Below are positions 18,169 through 27,183 of a DNA stretch of 63,929 nucleotides, piece by piece; position 1 is the stretch's first letter, and every line of letters starts with the position of its first letter. The DNA is from Candidatus Omnitrophota bacterium (lineage in GTDB: Bacteria > Omnitrophota > Gorgyraeia > Gygaellales > Profunditerraquicolaceae). The DNA lies in assembly GCA_028716705.1 (NCBI GenBank), contig JAQUPI010000005.1, positions 1-63,929 of the forward strand. The letters are read 5' to 3'. The position numbers were made by a program, and so were the translations under genes. The notes below the pieces were generated by a model, which was not told where the DNA came from, did not search any database, and saw nothing but the letters and a program-made list of their open reading frames with translations.

Positions 18169-18947
18169 AGGAAAAGATCTCCGTAGTCATGCCGGCTTAT
18201 AACGAGTCGGCGCATATTAATTCCAGCATAGAAGAGACGGTAAAGGCATTCGAGAGCTTCGGTTATTCGTGGGAGCTTATCGTGCTCGATGACGGCTCAA
18301 CCGATGACACTTTCGAGAGAGCGCTCCGCTTCGCGGAAAAATACCCGCAATTGACCGTAAAAAAGAACCCTTATAACCTTGGAAAGGGCAGGGCGATAAA
18401 GAAGGCGATGCACTATGTAAGCGGGGATTATGTGCTTTTTCTGGACGCGGACCTGGATCTGCATCCCAACCAATTCCCGGCTCTTTTTGATATTATGCGC
18501 TTGAATAACGCCGATATCGTGATCGGTTCAAAATTGCACCCAAATTCGGTGGTGGATTACCCGCTTCAGCGCAAATTGATCAGCTGGATCTATTATTTGA
18601 CGGTAAGGGCATTGTTTAACCTGCCCTGCCACGACACGCAGACAGGATTAAAGCTATTCAGGGCCCAGGTGCTTAGGGATGTAATGCCGCGCATCCTGGT
18701 AAAGGCGTTCGCCTTTGACCTGGAGATCCTGGTAAACGCCCATCACCTGGGATACAAGATCACGGAAGCGCCGATAGTCATCACCAAGCGCAGGAATTAC
18801 GGCCGCATCGGCCCCCAGGCCATCTTAAGGGCGGGCCTGGATACCCTGGCAATATTTTACAGGATGTATATATTAAGATACTATGACCGTATCGATTATT
18901 ATCGCCGTAAAAACCTGGCAAAAGAATTTAGAAGAATGCGCCGCTGA
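18165..18947 (+). CDS. GT2 glycosyltransferase, polyprenyl-phosphate sugar synthase-like (DPM1/GtrB-like)
   Basis: 260 aa. VVMPAYNE, LDDGSTDDT, NLGKGRA, LDADLD and DTQTGLKLF motifs. Confidence 0.75.
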   Translation: MKEKISVVMPAYNESAHINSSIEETVKAFESFGYSWELIVLDDGSTDDTFERALRFAEKYPQLTVKKNPYNLGKGRAIKKAMHYVSGDYVLFLDADLDLHPNQFPALFDIMRLNNADIVIGSKLHPNSVVDYPLQRKLISWIYYLTVRALFNLPCHDTQTGLKLFRAQVLRDVMPRILVKAFAFDLEILVNAHHLGYKITEAPIVITKRRNYGRIGPQAILRAGLDTLAIFYRMYILRYYDRIDYYRRKNLAKEFRRMRR

Positions 18948-19845
18948 GTGCCTTAAGCTCGACTATCCGGATTTCGAAATAATTATTTTACCGGACGCAG
19001 ACATAGGGACTGTCCCCGCTGTCCCTGTACGGATCATCCCTACAGGCCCGGTAAGCCCGGCCAAGAAAAGAGATATGGCCTTAAATTACGCCAAAGGCGA
19101 TATACTCGCCTTTATCGACGACGACGCTTATCCCGTAAAAGATTGGCTTACAAACGCTGTAAAGAATTTCGAAGATCCTGAGGTAGCTGCCGTGGGAGGT
19201 CCGGCTGTAACTCCCGCGAGCGACAATATAAGACAGAAAGCAAGCGGCCGGGTTTATGCCTCAATTTTGGTCAGCGGAAGCTTTTCTTACAGGTACCTTC
19301 CAAAAAGAAGAATGGAGATAGATGACTATCCCAGCTGTAATTTCTTCGTCCGTAAGTCCGTAATGCTGCAACTCGGCGGTTTCAACACAAATTTCTGGCC
19401 GGGGGAGGACACGAAACTTTGTTTGGATATAACGAAAAAACTGGGTAAAAAGATAGTTTATGACCCCGAGGTAATGGTCTACCATCACCGCAGGCCTTTA
19501 TTTATCCATCATCTGGGACAGATCGCCAGTTACGCCCTTCACCGGGGTTATTTTGTCAAACGCTATCCGGAGACCTCTTTAAAGCCGGCTTATTTTGTCC
19601 CTACTTTATTCTTATTCGGCATTATAATCGGGGCCGCCTTCTCTTTGCTCTCAACGCCTGCCAGAATAGTATACAGCTTAGGCTTAACGGTTTACCTGTC
19701 TTTAGTCCTTATATCCAGTTTCTCAAAGCAGATACTTTCCGTTCCCTATGTTTTTTGCGGAACGATATTAACGCATTTTACTTACGGGTTTTATTTTTTA
19801 AAGGGATTAATTTCCAGCAGGCTCAGAGAAGAGGATCTTCGGTGA
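18883..19845 (+). CDS. GT2 glycosyltransferase with C-terminal TM segments
   Basis: 320 aa. VSIIIAVKT, DFEIIILPD and FIDDDAYP (DxD) motifs. Hydrophobic C-terminus. 65-nt overlap with the preceding GT2. Confidence 0.75.
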   Translation: MTVSIIIAVKTWQKNLEECAAECLKLDYPDFEIIILPDADIGTVPAVPVRIIPTGPVSPAKKRDMALNYAKGDILAFIDDDAYPVKDWLTNAVKNFEDPEVAAVGGPAVTPASDNIRQKASGRVYASILVSGSFSYRYLPKRRMEIDDYPSCNFFVRKSVMLQLGGFNTNFWPGEDTKLCLDITKKLGKKIVYDPEVMVYHHRRPLFIHHLGQIASYALHRGYFVKRYPETSLKPAYFVPTLFLFGIIIGAAFSLLSTPARIVYSLGLTVYLSLVLISSFSKQILSVPYVFCGTILTHFTYGFYFLKGLISSRLREEDLR

Positions 19846-21353
19846 AAGTAATTATTTCTTATCCGCCTATTGATACGGAAAAAGGTTATCCTACCCTTGG
19901 TCAAAACCGGCAATTCCAGTTTTTCAGGGAACCGACGTACATATATCCGGTCGTCCCCGCTTCCGCGGCTACATTGTTGAAAAAAGCGGGCCATCAGGTT
20001 ATCTGGAATGACTGCATCGCGCTGGGTTGGGATTACCCAAGGTTCCTCGAATTTGTAAAAGCGGAAGAGCCCGGCCTGATCGCTATCGAGACCAAGACCC
20101 CGGCGGTCAAACAACACTGGAAAATAATTAATGATATTAAGGAGCTGTTCACGCGGATGGCTGATCCGAAAGAAACCGGGGGGACTGCCCCTCAAGTTGT
20201 CCTATACGGGGACCATGTTACTGCCCTGCCCGAAGAATCATTCCTGAACTCTAAAGTGGATTTTGTGCTGACAGGAGGGGATTACGACTTCCTTCTGCTA
20301 AATCTATGTAATTTCCTTTCTAGAAAGGAAACCAGGGGGATTGTCCCTGAAGATACCGAATTAGAACCGGGTATCTATTACCGTGACAACGGCCGGATCA
20401 GGAGTTCCGGCCAGTTCCAGCTCAACCATGACCTGGATTCGCTGCCGTTTATCGACAGGGAGCTTACTGATTGGCGGTTATACGCTTTCCAAAACGGTAA
20501 TTATAAACGCACACCCGGGACTTACATTATGAGCGCGAGGGACTGCTGGTGGGGTAAATGCACTTTCTGCAGCTGGCCTCAGATCTATCCTCGGTTTCGC
20601 AGCCGAAAGGCAGTGAATGTCCTCGATGAGATCGGCTCGCTGATTGAAAATCAAGGGGTCAGGGAGATAATGGACGACTCAGGCTCTTTCCCTGTCGGCC
20701 AATGGATTAATGATTTTTGCGAGGGGATGATCGCCCGCGGGTATAATAAACGGATATTCCTGGATTGCAATATGCGTTTTGGCGCTTTGTCCTTCGGAGA
20801 GCTAAATTTAATGAAGAGGGCGGGTTTTCGCCTGCTTCTTTTCGGGCTTGAGTCAGCTAACCAGGCAACTCTCGACAGGCTAAAAAAGAACATAAAAGTC
20901 GAAGATATCGTGGAGGGATGCCGGCAGGCCTCCAAAGCGGGATTATATCCGCATATCACGATCATGTTCGGTTATCCCTGGGAAACTTATGAAGATGCCT
21001 TAAAGACCCTGCGGTTAGGCGGATGGCTTTTAAGGAAAGGCTACGCTTACACTATGCAGGCTACAATGGTGATCCCTTATCCCGGCACCCCGCTTTTTGA
21101 AGAATGTAAACGTGAAAACCTGCTGAATACGCTTAATTGGGAAGATTATGATATGAAGAGTCCGGTAATGAAGACTAACGTTGAGGCCAGCAAGATAACG
21201 GGGCTGGTCCAGGGAATGTACAGGGTTTCTTTCCAGCCGGAGTTCATATTAAGAAAGCTCCTTTCATTAAGGGATATGGACGACATAAAATATTATTTTC
21301 GGGCGCTAAAGAAGGTAGGCGGACACATTTTTGATTTCAGGGGCCTGAAATAG
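19842..21353 (+). CDS. B12-binding-domain radical SAM protein (non-canonical Cx4Cx2C motif)
   Basis: The GTG start at 19842 overlaps the upstream stop; the track start 19755 is an unlikely extension. N-terminal Rossmann-like region (LIAIETKTP). Cluster motif DCWWGKCTFCSW. LLLFGLESANQ. Confidence 0.75.
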   Translation: MKVIISYPPIDTEKGYPTLGQNRQFQFFREPTYIYPVVPASAATLLKKAGHQVIWNDCIALGWDYPRFLEFVKAEEPGLIAIETKTPAVKQHWKIINDIKELFTRMADPKETGGTAPQVVLYGDHVTALPEESFLNSKVDFVLTGGDYDFLLLNLCNFLSRKETRGIVPEDTELEPGIYYRDNGRIRSSGQFQLNHDLDSLPFIDRELTDWRLYAFQNGNYKRTPGTYIMSARDCWWGKCTFCSWPQIYPRFRSRKAVNVLDEIGSLIENQGVREIMDDSGSFPVGQWINDFCEGMIARGYNKRIFLDCNMRFGALSFGELNLMKRAGFRLLLFGLESANQATLDRLKKNIKVEDIVEGCRQASKAGLYPHITIMFGYPWETYEDALKTLRLGGWLLRKGYAYTMQATMVIPYPGTPLFEECKRENLLNTLNWEDYDMKSPVMKTNVEASKITGLVQGMYRVSFQPEFILRKLLSLRDMDDIKYYFRALKKVGGHIFDFRGLK

Positions 21354-21371
21354 GGCGCTGTCCCCAATTAA

Positions 21372-22373
21372 ATGAAATATTCTATTGATAAGGACAATCG
21401 GCTTTTAATAAGGCAAAAGGGCAAAAAGGTTTCCCCGAAAGGCGCATTCAAGATAGAGAAGAATAACCGTCTTATCTATATTTTGAACGAACCAGCGCAT
21501 TGGCGCAGGGTACACAAGCTGCCTTCCAGGATAGTATTTCTCGGTAAATGGAAACTGGATGAAAATCATGACCTGGTCCTTGAGCGCAATGAGCCCAGGG
21601 AGAAAAAAGAGGGCCGGTTCGTATTCAAAGGAGAGATCATCTCAAGCCGTAAGGACGCCTTAGCTTTTGAGATCATCAGCCGTGACCGCAGAGGCCATAC
21701 GCAGGCGCAGGTATTAGAGCTGTCCGGTGCCTGGCAAGCCGATAAATCGAACCGTATAATATTTAAGGCGGATAAGAAAGGGATGCCCGATACCCTGACG
21801 CTGGAAGGTTCCTGGCAGCTTGATAACAACCAGCAGGTCACCTATAACTATGAAAAAACAAACTTATTAAAAAGGGCCAAGATATCCCGTTCTTTGACTT
21901 TCGAAGGCTTTTGGCAGATCAATGAAAAAAACCGTTTAACCTATATTTTATCCCGCGCCAGCCGTTCCCGTTTCGATTTTCGCGCGCAAATAGAGAGCCC
22001 GAGCCTGCGTCCTAAGGAAGGACAGATGAAATACCGCCTAGGCATAGGCCTCGCCAAGCCCAAGTCGCAAAAAAAGCGTATCGTTACGCTTTACGGGGCA
22101 TGGAAATTCAGCCGAAAGGGCGGGTTGGATTTCTCCATGGATTACGGAAAGGGCGCGTCCAGGACGGTTGAATTCGGCGTCAATGCCCATCTGAATAATA
22201 AGGACGAGATTATCTTTTCTTTGCGCAGCAAGAAAGGCGAGCCCTTGGGGTTGAATATCACTTTTAACCGCGAACTTTTTAAGGGGAATGGCGCGCTGGC
22301 CTATTTACGGCTGAAAAATCTCCTTGAAAGAAATAAACCCGCTGTGGAAGCGGGCGTGCGCATACCTTTTTAG
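21372..22373 (+). CDS. Hypothetical repeat protein (about 10 degenerate beta-hairpin-like G-x-W-x-hydrophobic-D-x-x-N-x-L repeats)
   Basis: 333 aa with no signal peptide. Repeats include GKWKLDENHDLVL, GAWQADKSNRIIF, GSWQLDNNQQVTY, GFWQINEKNRLTY and GAWKFSRKGGLDF. Confidence 0.6.
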   Translation: MKYSIDKDNRLLIRQKGKKVSPKGAFKIEKNNRLIYILNEPAHWRRVHKLPSRIVFLGKWKLDENHDLVLERNEPREKKEGRFVFKGEIISSRKDALAFEIISRDRRGHTQAQVLELSGAWQADKSNRIIFKADKKGMPDTLTLEGSWQLDNNQQVTYNYEKTNLLKRAKISRSLTFEGFWQINEKNRLTYILSRASRSRFDFRAQIESPSLRPKEGQMKYRLGIGLAKPKSQKKRIVTLYGAWKFSRKGGLDFSMDYGKGASRTVEFGVNAHLNNKDEIIFSLRSKKGEPLGLNITFNRELFKGNGALAYLRLKNLLERNKPAVEAGVRIPF

Positions 22374-22390
22374 AAAAAGGGGTTCATGAG

Positions 22391-22648
22391 ATGGTTTGGA
22401 AGATTATCGGGATGAGCGCGGCTGTATTGACCATGTTTTCTTTTGTACCGCAGATCATCACGATCCTAAAGCATAAGTCGGCCAAGGATGTAAGCATAGT
22501 TACGCTGCTGCAGCTTTCGCTGGGCGTTTCGTTGTGGATAGTTTACGGCCTTTTTTTAAATGACAAGATCATAATTACAGCCAATGCCGTTACTTTGACC
22601 ACCCTGGCAATATCGTTATATCTTTATTTCAAGTACAAAAACGGCTAA
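22391..22648 (+). CDS. SemiSWEET / PQ-loop family small membrane transporter
   Basis: 85 aa, three TM segments, with the PQ motif in MFSFVPQIITILKHKSAKDVS. Confidence 0.8.
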   Translation: MVWKIIGMSAAVLTMFSFVPQIITILKHKSAKDVSIVTLLQLSLGVSLWIVYGLFLNDKIIITANAVTLTTLAISLYLYFKYKNG

Positions 22649-22680
22649 AGCTTAAACTTATGGCGCGCAGGCCCTTATTA

Positions 22681-22689
22681 TGGTAAAAT
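22681..22689 (+). promoter_or_regulatory. Possible extended -10 element (TGgTAAAAT) 12 nt upstream of ATG 22701
   Basis: tggtaaaat at 22681-22689. No SD lies between it and the ATG, so the transcript would be near-leaderless. No good -35 element. Confidence 0.3.
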
Positions 22690-22700
22690 ATTAAACTTAA

Positions 22701-23732
22701 ATGGGAAATCCCGTCAAGAAAAAGCTAAAAATCGGAATAATCGGCTGCGGCCATTGGGGCCCCAATCACGTCAGGAATTTCTCTTCTTTTCCCGATTCCG
22801 AAGTCGCCTGGGTATCCGACCTGAATGAAGAGAGGTTGAAATTCATCCGGGATTCTTATCCCGGCATCCGTGTTTCTAAAGACTACAGGGATATCATCGC
22901 GGACCCGCTGGTTGACGCCGTGGTCATTTCTACGCCGACCTCTACGCATTACCAGATAGTCAAGGATTCTTTGGCCGCCGGCAAGAACGTGCTTTGTGAA
23001 AAGCCATTGACCTTGCGTTCCTGGGAGAGCGAAGAGCTGGTGCGGCTTGCCGAAGAGAAAAGAAAGACCCTGATGGTCGGCCATGTCTTCCTCTACAATA
23101 TCGGAGTGCAAAAACTTAAAGAATATATCAACTCCGGATCGATCGGGAAGATATATTACCTGCATTCGACAAGGGTGAACCTGGGCCCCATAAGGAACGA
23201 TGTAAACGCCGTCTGGGACCTGGCATCGCACGATATCTCCATATTTTGCTATCTTTTCGATAAATTCCCTGAAAAAGTAAGCGCCAACGGCAATTGTTTT
23301 CTGAGGGATAATATCGAAGATGTCGCTTTTGTCTCGTTAATGTTTTCGGGCGGCGTCCTTGCAAACGCCCATGTAAGCTGGCTTGACCCGCGCAAAGTAA
23401 GAGAGATAGTGGTTGTCGGGGATCAGAAGATGATCGTCTGGAATGATATGGCCCTGGAAGATACGTTAAGGATATATGAAAAGAGCGTGGAAGGCGAACC
23501 CTATTACTCAGATTTCGGCGATTTTCAGCTTCTGCCTAAAGAAGGCAATGTCATAGTGCCCAAATTGAAATTAATGGAGCCGCTTAAAAACCAATCCAGG
23601 CATTTCATCGATTGCCTTAAAGAGGGCAAGAGGCCGATCAGTGACGGCGAATTCGGATGGAAGGTAGTACGGGTGCTTGAAGCCGCCCAGAAGTCTCTTT
23701 CTGACGGAGGAAAGGTAGTTGATCTGAGATGA
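22701..23732 (+). CDS. Gfo/Idh/MocA family sugar-nucleotide oxidoreductase (WbpB-like)
   Basis: 343 aa. IGIIGCGHWG Rossmann start and EKPL motif (LCEKPLT). Confidence 0.8.
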   Translation: MGNPVKKKLKIGIIGCGHWGPNHVRNFSSFPDSEVAWVSDLNEERLKFIRDSYPGIRVSKDYRDIIADPLVDAVVISTPTSTHYQIVKDSLAAGKNVLCEKPLTLRSWESEELVRLAEEKRKTLMVGHVFLYNIGVQKLKEYINSGSIGKIYYLHSTRVNLGPIRNDVNAVWDLASHDISIFCYLFDKFPEKVSANGNCFLRDNIEDVAFVSLMFSGGVLANAHVSWLDPRKVREIVVVGDQKMIVWNDMALEDTLRIYEKSVEGEPYYSDFGDFQLLPKEGNVIVPKLKLMEPLKNQSRHFIDCLKEGKRPISDGEFGWKVVRVLEAAQKSLSDGGKVVDLR

Positions 23733-24370
23733 AGTTACCTGAGCATGTCAAAATAGGACAGGACCACAGGATCGAGACCGGTGTGGAGCTCGGATATTTA
23801 CCGGGCAGGAAGATAGCTGATCTTTCCCTGACGATAGGAAAGAACGCGGTGCTCAGGACGGGAAGCGTTATTTACGCCGGCACGAAGATCGGAGATCATT
23901 TCGAAAGCGGCCATAATGTAGTGATCAGAGAAGATGTTTCTATCGGTGATGGCTCCGCCGTATGGAGCAATTCGGTGGTTGATTACTCCTGCCGCATAGG
24001 CAGCAAGGTTAAGATACATAATAACTGCTATATAGCCCAATTCACCAATATAGAGGACGATGTCTTTATCGGCCCGGGGGTCATAACCGCCAATGACCCG
24101 CATCCGGTTTGCACAAAATGCATGAAAGGGCCCACCATAAAACGCGGCGCTAAAATAGGCGCTAATGTGACCATACTGCCCAGAGTGACTATCGGAGAGT
24201 ACGCTTTAGTCGGCGCCGGAAGCGTGGTAACCAAAGATGTGCCGCCGAGATCAGTAGTATACGGTAATCCCGCCCGGGTCATTAAGTCCGTTGAAGACCT
24301 GGAATGCGGCCTCAATATCGTTGACAAGCCCTATATAAATGGAGATGACGTCCGCTCGCGAGAGCATTAA
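23729..24370 (+). CDS. Left-handed beta-helix (hexapeptide) acyl/acetyltransferase (WbpD-like)
   Basis: 213 aa. Hexapeptide repeats (IGDGSAVWSNSVV, IGANVTILPRVTIGEYALVGAGSVV). Confidence 0.8.
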   Translation: MKLPEHVKIGQDHRIETGVELGYLPGRKIADLSLTIGKNAVLRTGSVIYAGTKIGDHFESGHNVVIREDVSIGDGSAVWSNSVVDYSCRIGSKVKIHNNCYIAQFTNIEDDVFIGPGVITANDPHPVCTKCMKGPTIKRGAKIGANVTILPRVTIGEYALVGAGSVVTKDVPPRSVVYGNPARVIKSVEDLECGLNIVDKPYINGDDVRSREH

Positions 24371-25349
24371 CACTGGGATACTTCCCGCCGTTTCGTTTGT
24401 GTTGCCCACCTTAAACGCGCAAGGATACCTGGGGAGATGCCTGAAAAGCATAAGAAGCCAGGATTATCCTTCCGAGAAACTGGAGATCATTGTCGCGGAC
24501 GGAGGCTCAAAGGATGATACCCTGGCGATCGCGGCGAAATACGCCTGCCGCGTGATACCCAACCCGAAAGTCCTGCATGATTCAGGTGTAAGCCTGGCCC
24601 TGGGAGAGAGCGGGGCTGATATCAGGTTTATCTTTGCCGCGGATAATGAATTGCCGGGGAGGGACTGGGTAAGGTTAATGATCAAGCCGTTCCAGAGAGA
24701 CAGCGGAGTATATGGGGCTTTTCCAAGCGTCGTCAGCCCTCGGCAGGACGATTCCGTAAACAGGTATTTTAACCTTACGCATTGCGATCCTTTCAGCTGG
24801 TTCGTTTTCCATAACGAGGCTGACCCGCGCTTGTTTAGCAAGGCCTATAAAATAAGGGATAACAGCGGCGATTATGTAATTTATGACTTTCCCATTAAGC
24901 GCTACCCGATGATAGGGTTTTCCCAGGGGTTTGCCGTGCGCAAAGATTTTTTTCGCAAGCCTGAAAACGCCTCGGATGACATATTGCCGGTCATCCAGAT
25001 GATAGAGGAAGGAAAGAAGATCGCCTATGTGCCGGGCGCGCTCATATATCACTGGCATTTAAAAGGTTTCAAAAGCTTTCTTAAAAAATACGGGCAAAGA
25101 ATAGAAGATAATATTAACAGCAGGAATTACGGATATATCGGAAGGGGAAAATACCTCTCATTAAGGCGTAAAATAAGGCAGTACCTTTGGGTAATATACA
25201 GCTTGACGCTTGTCTTTCCTGTTATTGACGCGCTTAGAGGCGTCTTTAAAGACAGGGACGCTGCCTGGTTATGGCATCCGGCAGCAAATCTTTGTCTGGC
25301 CTGGATGGTTATTATCAAGCTTATGAGAAAGGAGTTTGTTGCCAGATGA
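24339..25349 (+). CDS. GT2 glycosyltransferase
   Basis: 336 aa. VSFVLPTLN and EIIVADGGSKDDT motifs. C-terminal hydrophobic segments. 32-nt overlap with the upstream gene, so the start is uncertain. Confidence 0.7.
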   Translation: MEMTSARESINTGILPAVSFVLPTLNAQGYLGRCLKSIRSQDYPSEKLEIIVADGGSKDDTLAIAAKYACRVIPNPKVLHDSGVSLALGESGADIRFIFAADNELPGRDWVRLMIKPFQRDSGVYGAFPSVVSPRQDDSVNRYFNLTHCDPFSWFVFHNEADPRLFSKAYKIRDNSGDYVIYDFPIKRYPMIGFSQGFAVRKDFFRKPENASDDILPVIQMIEEGKKIAYVPGALIYHWHLKGFKSFLKKYGQRIEDNINSRNYGYIGRGKYLSLRRKIRQYLWVIYSLTLVFPVIDALRGVFKDRDAAWLWHPAANLCLAWMVIIKLMRKEFVAR

Positions 25350-26461
25350 AGATATTGGTAACCGGCGGCGCCGGATTAATCGGGTCTCATATAGCGGATC
25401 TACTCCTGAAAGAGGGGTTCGATGTTAAGATATTAGATAAACTGGAATTACCTACGCACAGGAACGGAAAACCCGGTTATATCTCCAAAGATATCGAGTT
25501 TATAGAGGGAGACGTCACAAAGAAGGCCGATTTATTCAAAGCCCTGGAAGGCGTAAAGGTGATCTTTCATGAAGCCGCGACAGGCGGCTTTACCCCTGAA
25601 GCAAGCAAGTACGTGATCAATAATTCCCTGGGGACAGCGGCATTATTCGAGGCGATCCGCGAAAAGAACCTTCCTATCGATAAAATAATAGTGGCGTCTT
25701 CCGTGGCTGTTTACGGAGAGGGGGCTTATTCGTGCCCCGAACACGGCGTATTTTATCCCGCCATGAGGGCCATCTCCCAGTTAGAAAATAGAAAATGGGA
25801 AGTAGCGTGCCCTGTTTGCGGCGCGGATACTTTTTCCCATCCTACGGGAGAAGATAAGCCCGTGAGCCCCGAATCTGTCTATTCGGTCTCTAAATATGAC
25901 CAGGAAAGATCGGCCCTGATCCTGGGGAAGCTCTTTCGCATCCCAACGGTTGCCTTGCGCTATTTTGTGACTTTTGGCCCAAGGCAGTCCATATACAATC
26001 CCTATACGGGAGTATGCTCCATATTCGCCACTCAGATCTTGAATGATAAACCTCCACTGTTGTTCGAAGACGGTTTACAAACCAGGGATTTTGTGTTTGT
26101 GGAAGATATAGCCAGGGCGAATTTGCTCGTAATGAAACAGGAAAAAGCCGATTTCGGCGTATTCAATGTGGGAAGCGGAAGAGCGATATCTATCCGGGAT
26201 GTCGCCCAAACGCTGATCAAGAAGCTGGGCAAGAAAGTTTCGCCGTTATTAGCCGATGAATTTCGGCCTTTAGACGTCAGGCATATACAGGCCGATATAA
26301 GCAAAATAAGCAAGATCGGTTATAAGCCTTTTGTAACCTTTGAAAAAGGCATAGATAAATATTTAGAGTGGATAGAAAAGCAAGGCACTATAGAAGATTA
26401 TTTTAGCGCCGCCAGGGAAGAGCTCAAGAAAGCGGGGATCATCAGAAGCGGAAATGCGTAA
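25346..26461 (+). CDS. NAD-dependent epimerase/dehydratase (extended SDR) with a Cys/His insertion
   Basis: Start at MKILVTGGAGLIGSH (the track start 25271 is rejected). YSVSK (YxxxK) motif. Insertion: SCPEHG...(24 aa)...ACPVCG. Confidence 0.8.
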   Translation: MKILVTGGAGLIGSHIADLLLKEGFDVKILDKLELPTHRNGKPGYISKDIEFIEGDVTKKADLFKALEGVKVIFHEAATGGFTPEASKYVINNSLGTAALFEAIREKNLPIDKIIVASSVAVYGEGAYSCPEHGVFYPAMRAISQLENRKWEVACPVCGADTFSHPTGEDKPVSPESVYSVSKYDQERSALILGKLFRIPTVALRYFVTFGPRQSIYNPYTGVCSIFATQILNDKPPLLFEDGLQTRDFVFVEDIARANLLVMKQEKADFGVFNVGSGRAISIRDVAQTLIKKLGKKVSPLLADEFRPLDVRHIQADISKISKIGYKPFVTFEKGIDKYLEWIEKQGTIEDYFSAAREELKKAGIIRSGNA

Positions 26462-27179
26462 AGAAAATGGTCCGGAAAAGAATACCGGGCATAAATTACT
26501 ATTTTCTGAGCTGGACCGTTCCATTGAGCCGGCGGCGGAACATAAGTTCTGTTATGAATTTTCCGCGCCTCATCTTAAGGATAAGTCAATCCTGGACGCG
26601 GGGTGCTGGAACGGAAAGTATTTAAACTTAATTAGAGGGTCAGTCTCCGGGATGTCTGTAGGGGTAGACATAGAAGAAAAAGCCCTGGGCGTGGCCCTGC
26701 GGAACGTACCCGGCCCAAAATTCCTCGCTGCTTCAGTCTTTGGATTGCCATTTAAAGATAAAACCTTCGACGCGGTCACTTTATGGGCGGTCATAGAGCA
26801 TATTACGGCTAAGGGCGAATCCAGGGCGCTAGGCGAGATCCACAGGGTATTGAAAGAGGATGGGAGCCTTTTTATTTCCACCCCATCCGGCCACTGGCTG
26901 GCCAGGGTACTTGATCCCGCGTATTTTCTTACCGGCCACCGGCATTATGGCCGCGCAGGCCTGGAAAAGATCCTGGGCTCAGCGGGTTTTAAGATCGAAG
27001 AATTCCGCGTTAAGGGCGGCATATGCGATTGTTTATCCACAATTATGTTTTACATATCAAAACATATACTCCGCAGGGCATGCGGATTAAAGACATTAAA
27101 GAAATTGGCTGAGAGGGAGTACGCTCCGGATTTTAACGGATTTAATGTGGTCTTTTTATCCGCTAAGAAAAAAAATTAG
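26454..27179 (+). CDS. Class I SAM-dependent methyltransferase
   Basis: 241 aa. Motif I ILDAGCWNG; FDAVTLWAVIEH; LKEDGSLFIS. Confidence 0.8.
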   Translation: MRKENGPEKNTGHKLLFSELDRSIEPAAEHKFCYEFSAPHLKDKSILDAGCWNGKYLNLIRGSVSGMSVGVDIEEKALGVALRNVPGPKFLAASVFGLPFKDKTFDAVTLWAVIEHITAKGESRALGEIHRVLKEDGSLFISTPSGHWLARVLDPAYFLTGHRHYGRAGLEKILGSAGFKIEEFRVKGGICDCLSTIMFYISKHILRRACGLKTLKKLAEREYAPDFNGFNVVFLSAKKKN

Positions 27180-27183
27180 TTCC

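Noticed and set aside
18883-18947. 65-nt overlap of two GT2 genes as a sign of a frameshifted single gene
   Set aside because: Both ORFs have their own complete GT2 N-terminal motifs (VVMPAYNE..DDGSTDDT and VSIIIAVKT..DDDAYP). They are separate genes, and only the exact end or start is uncertain.
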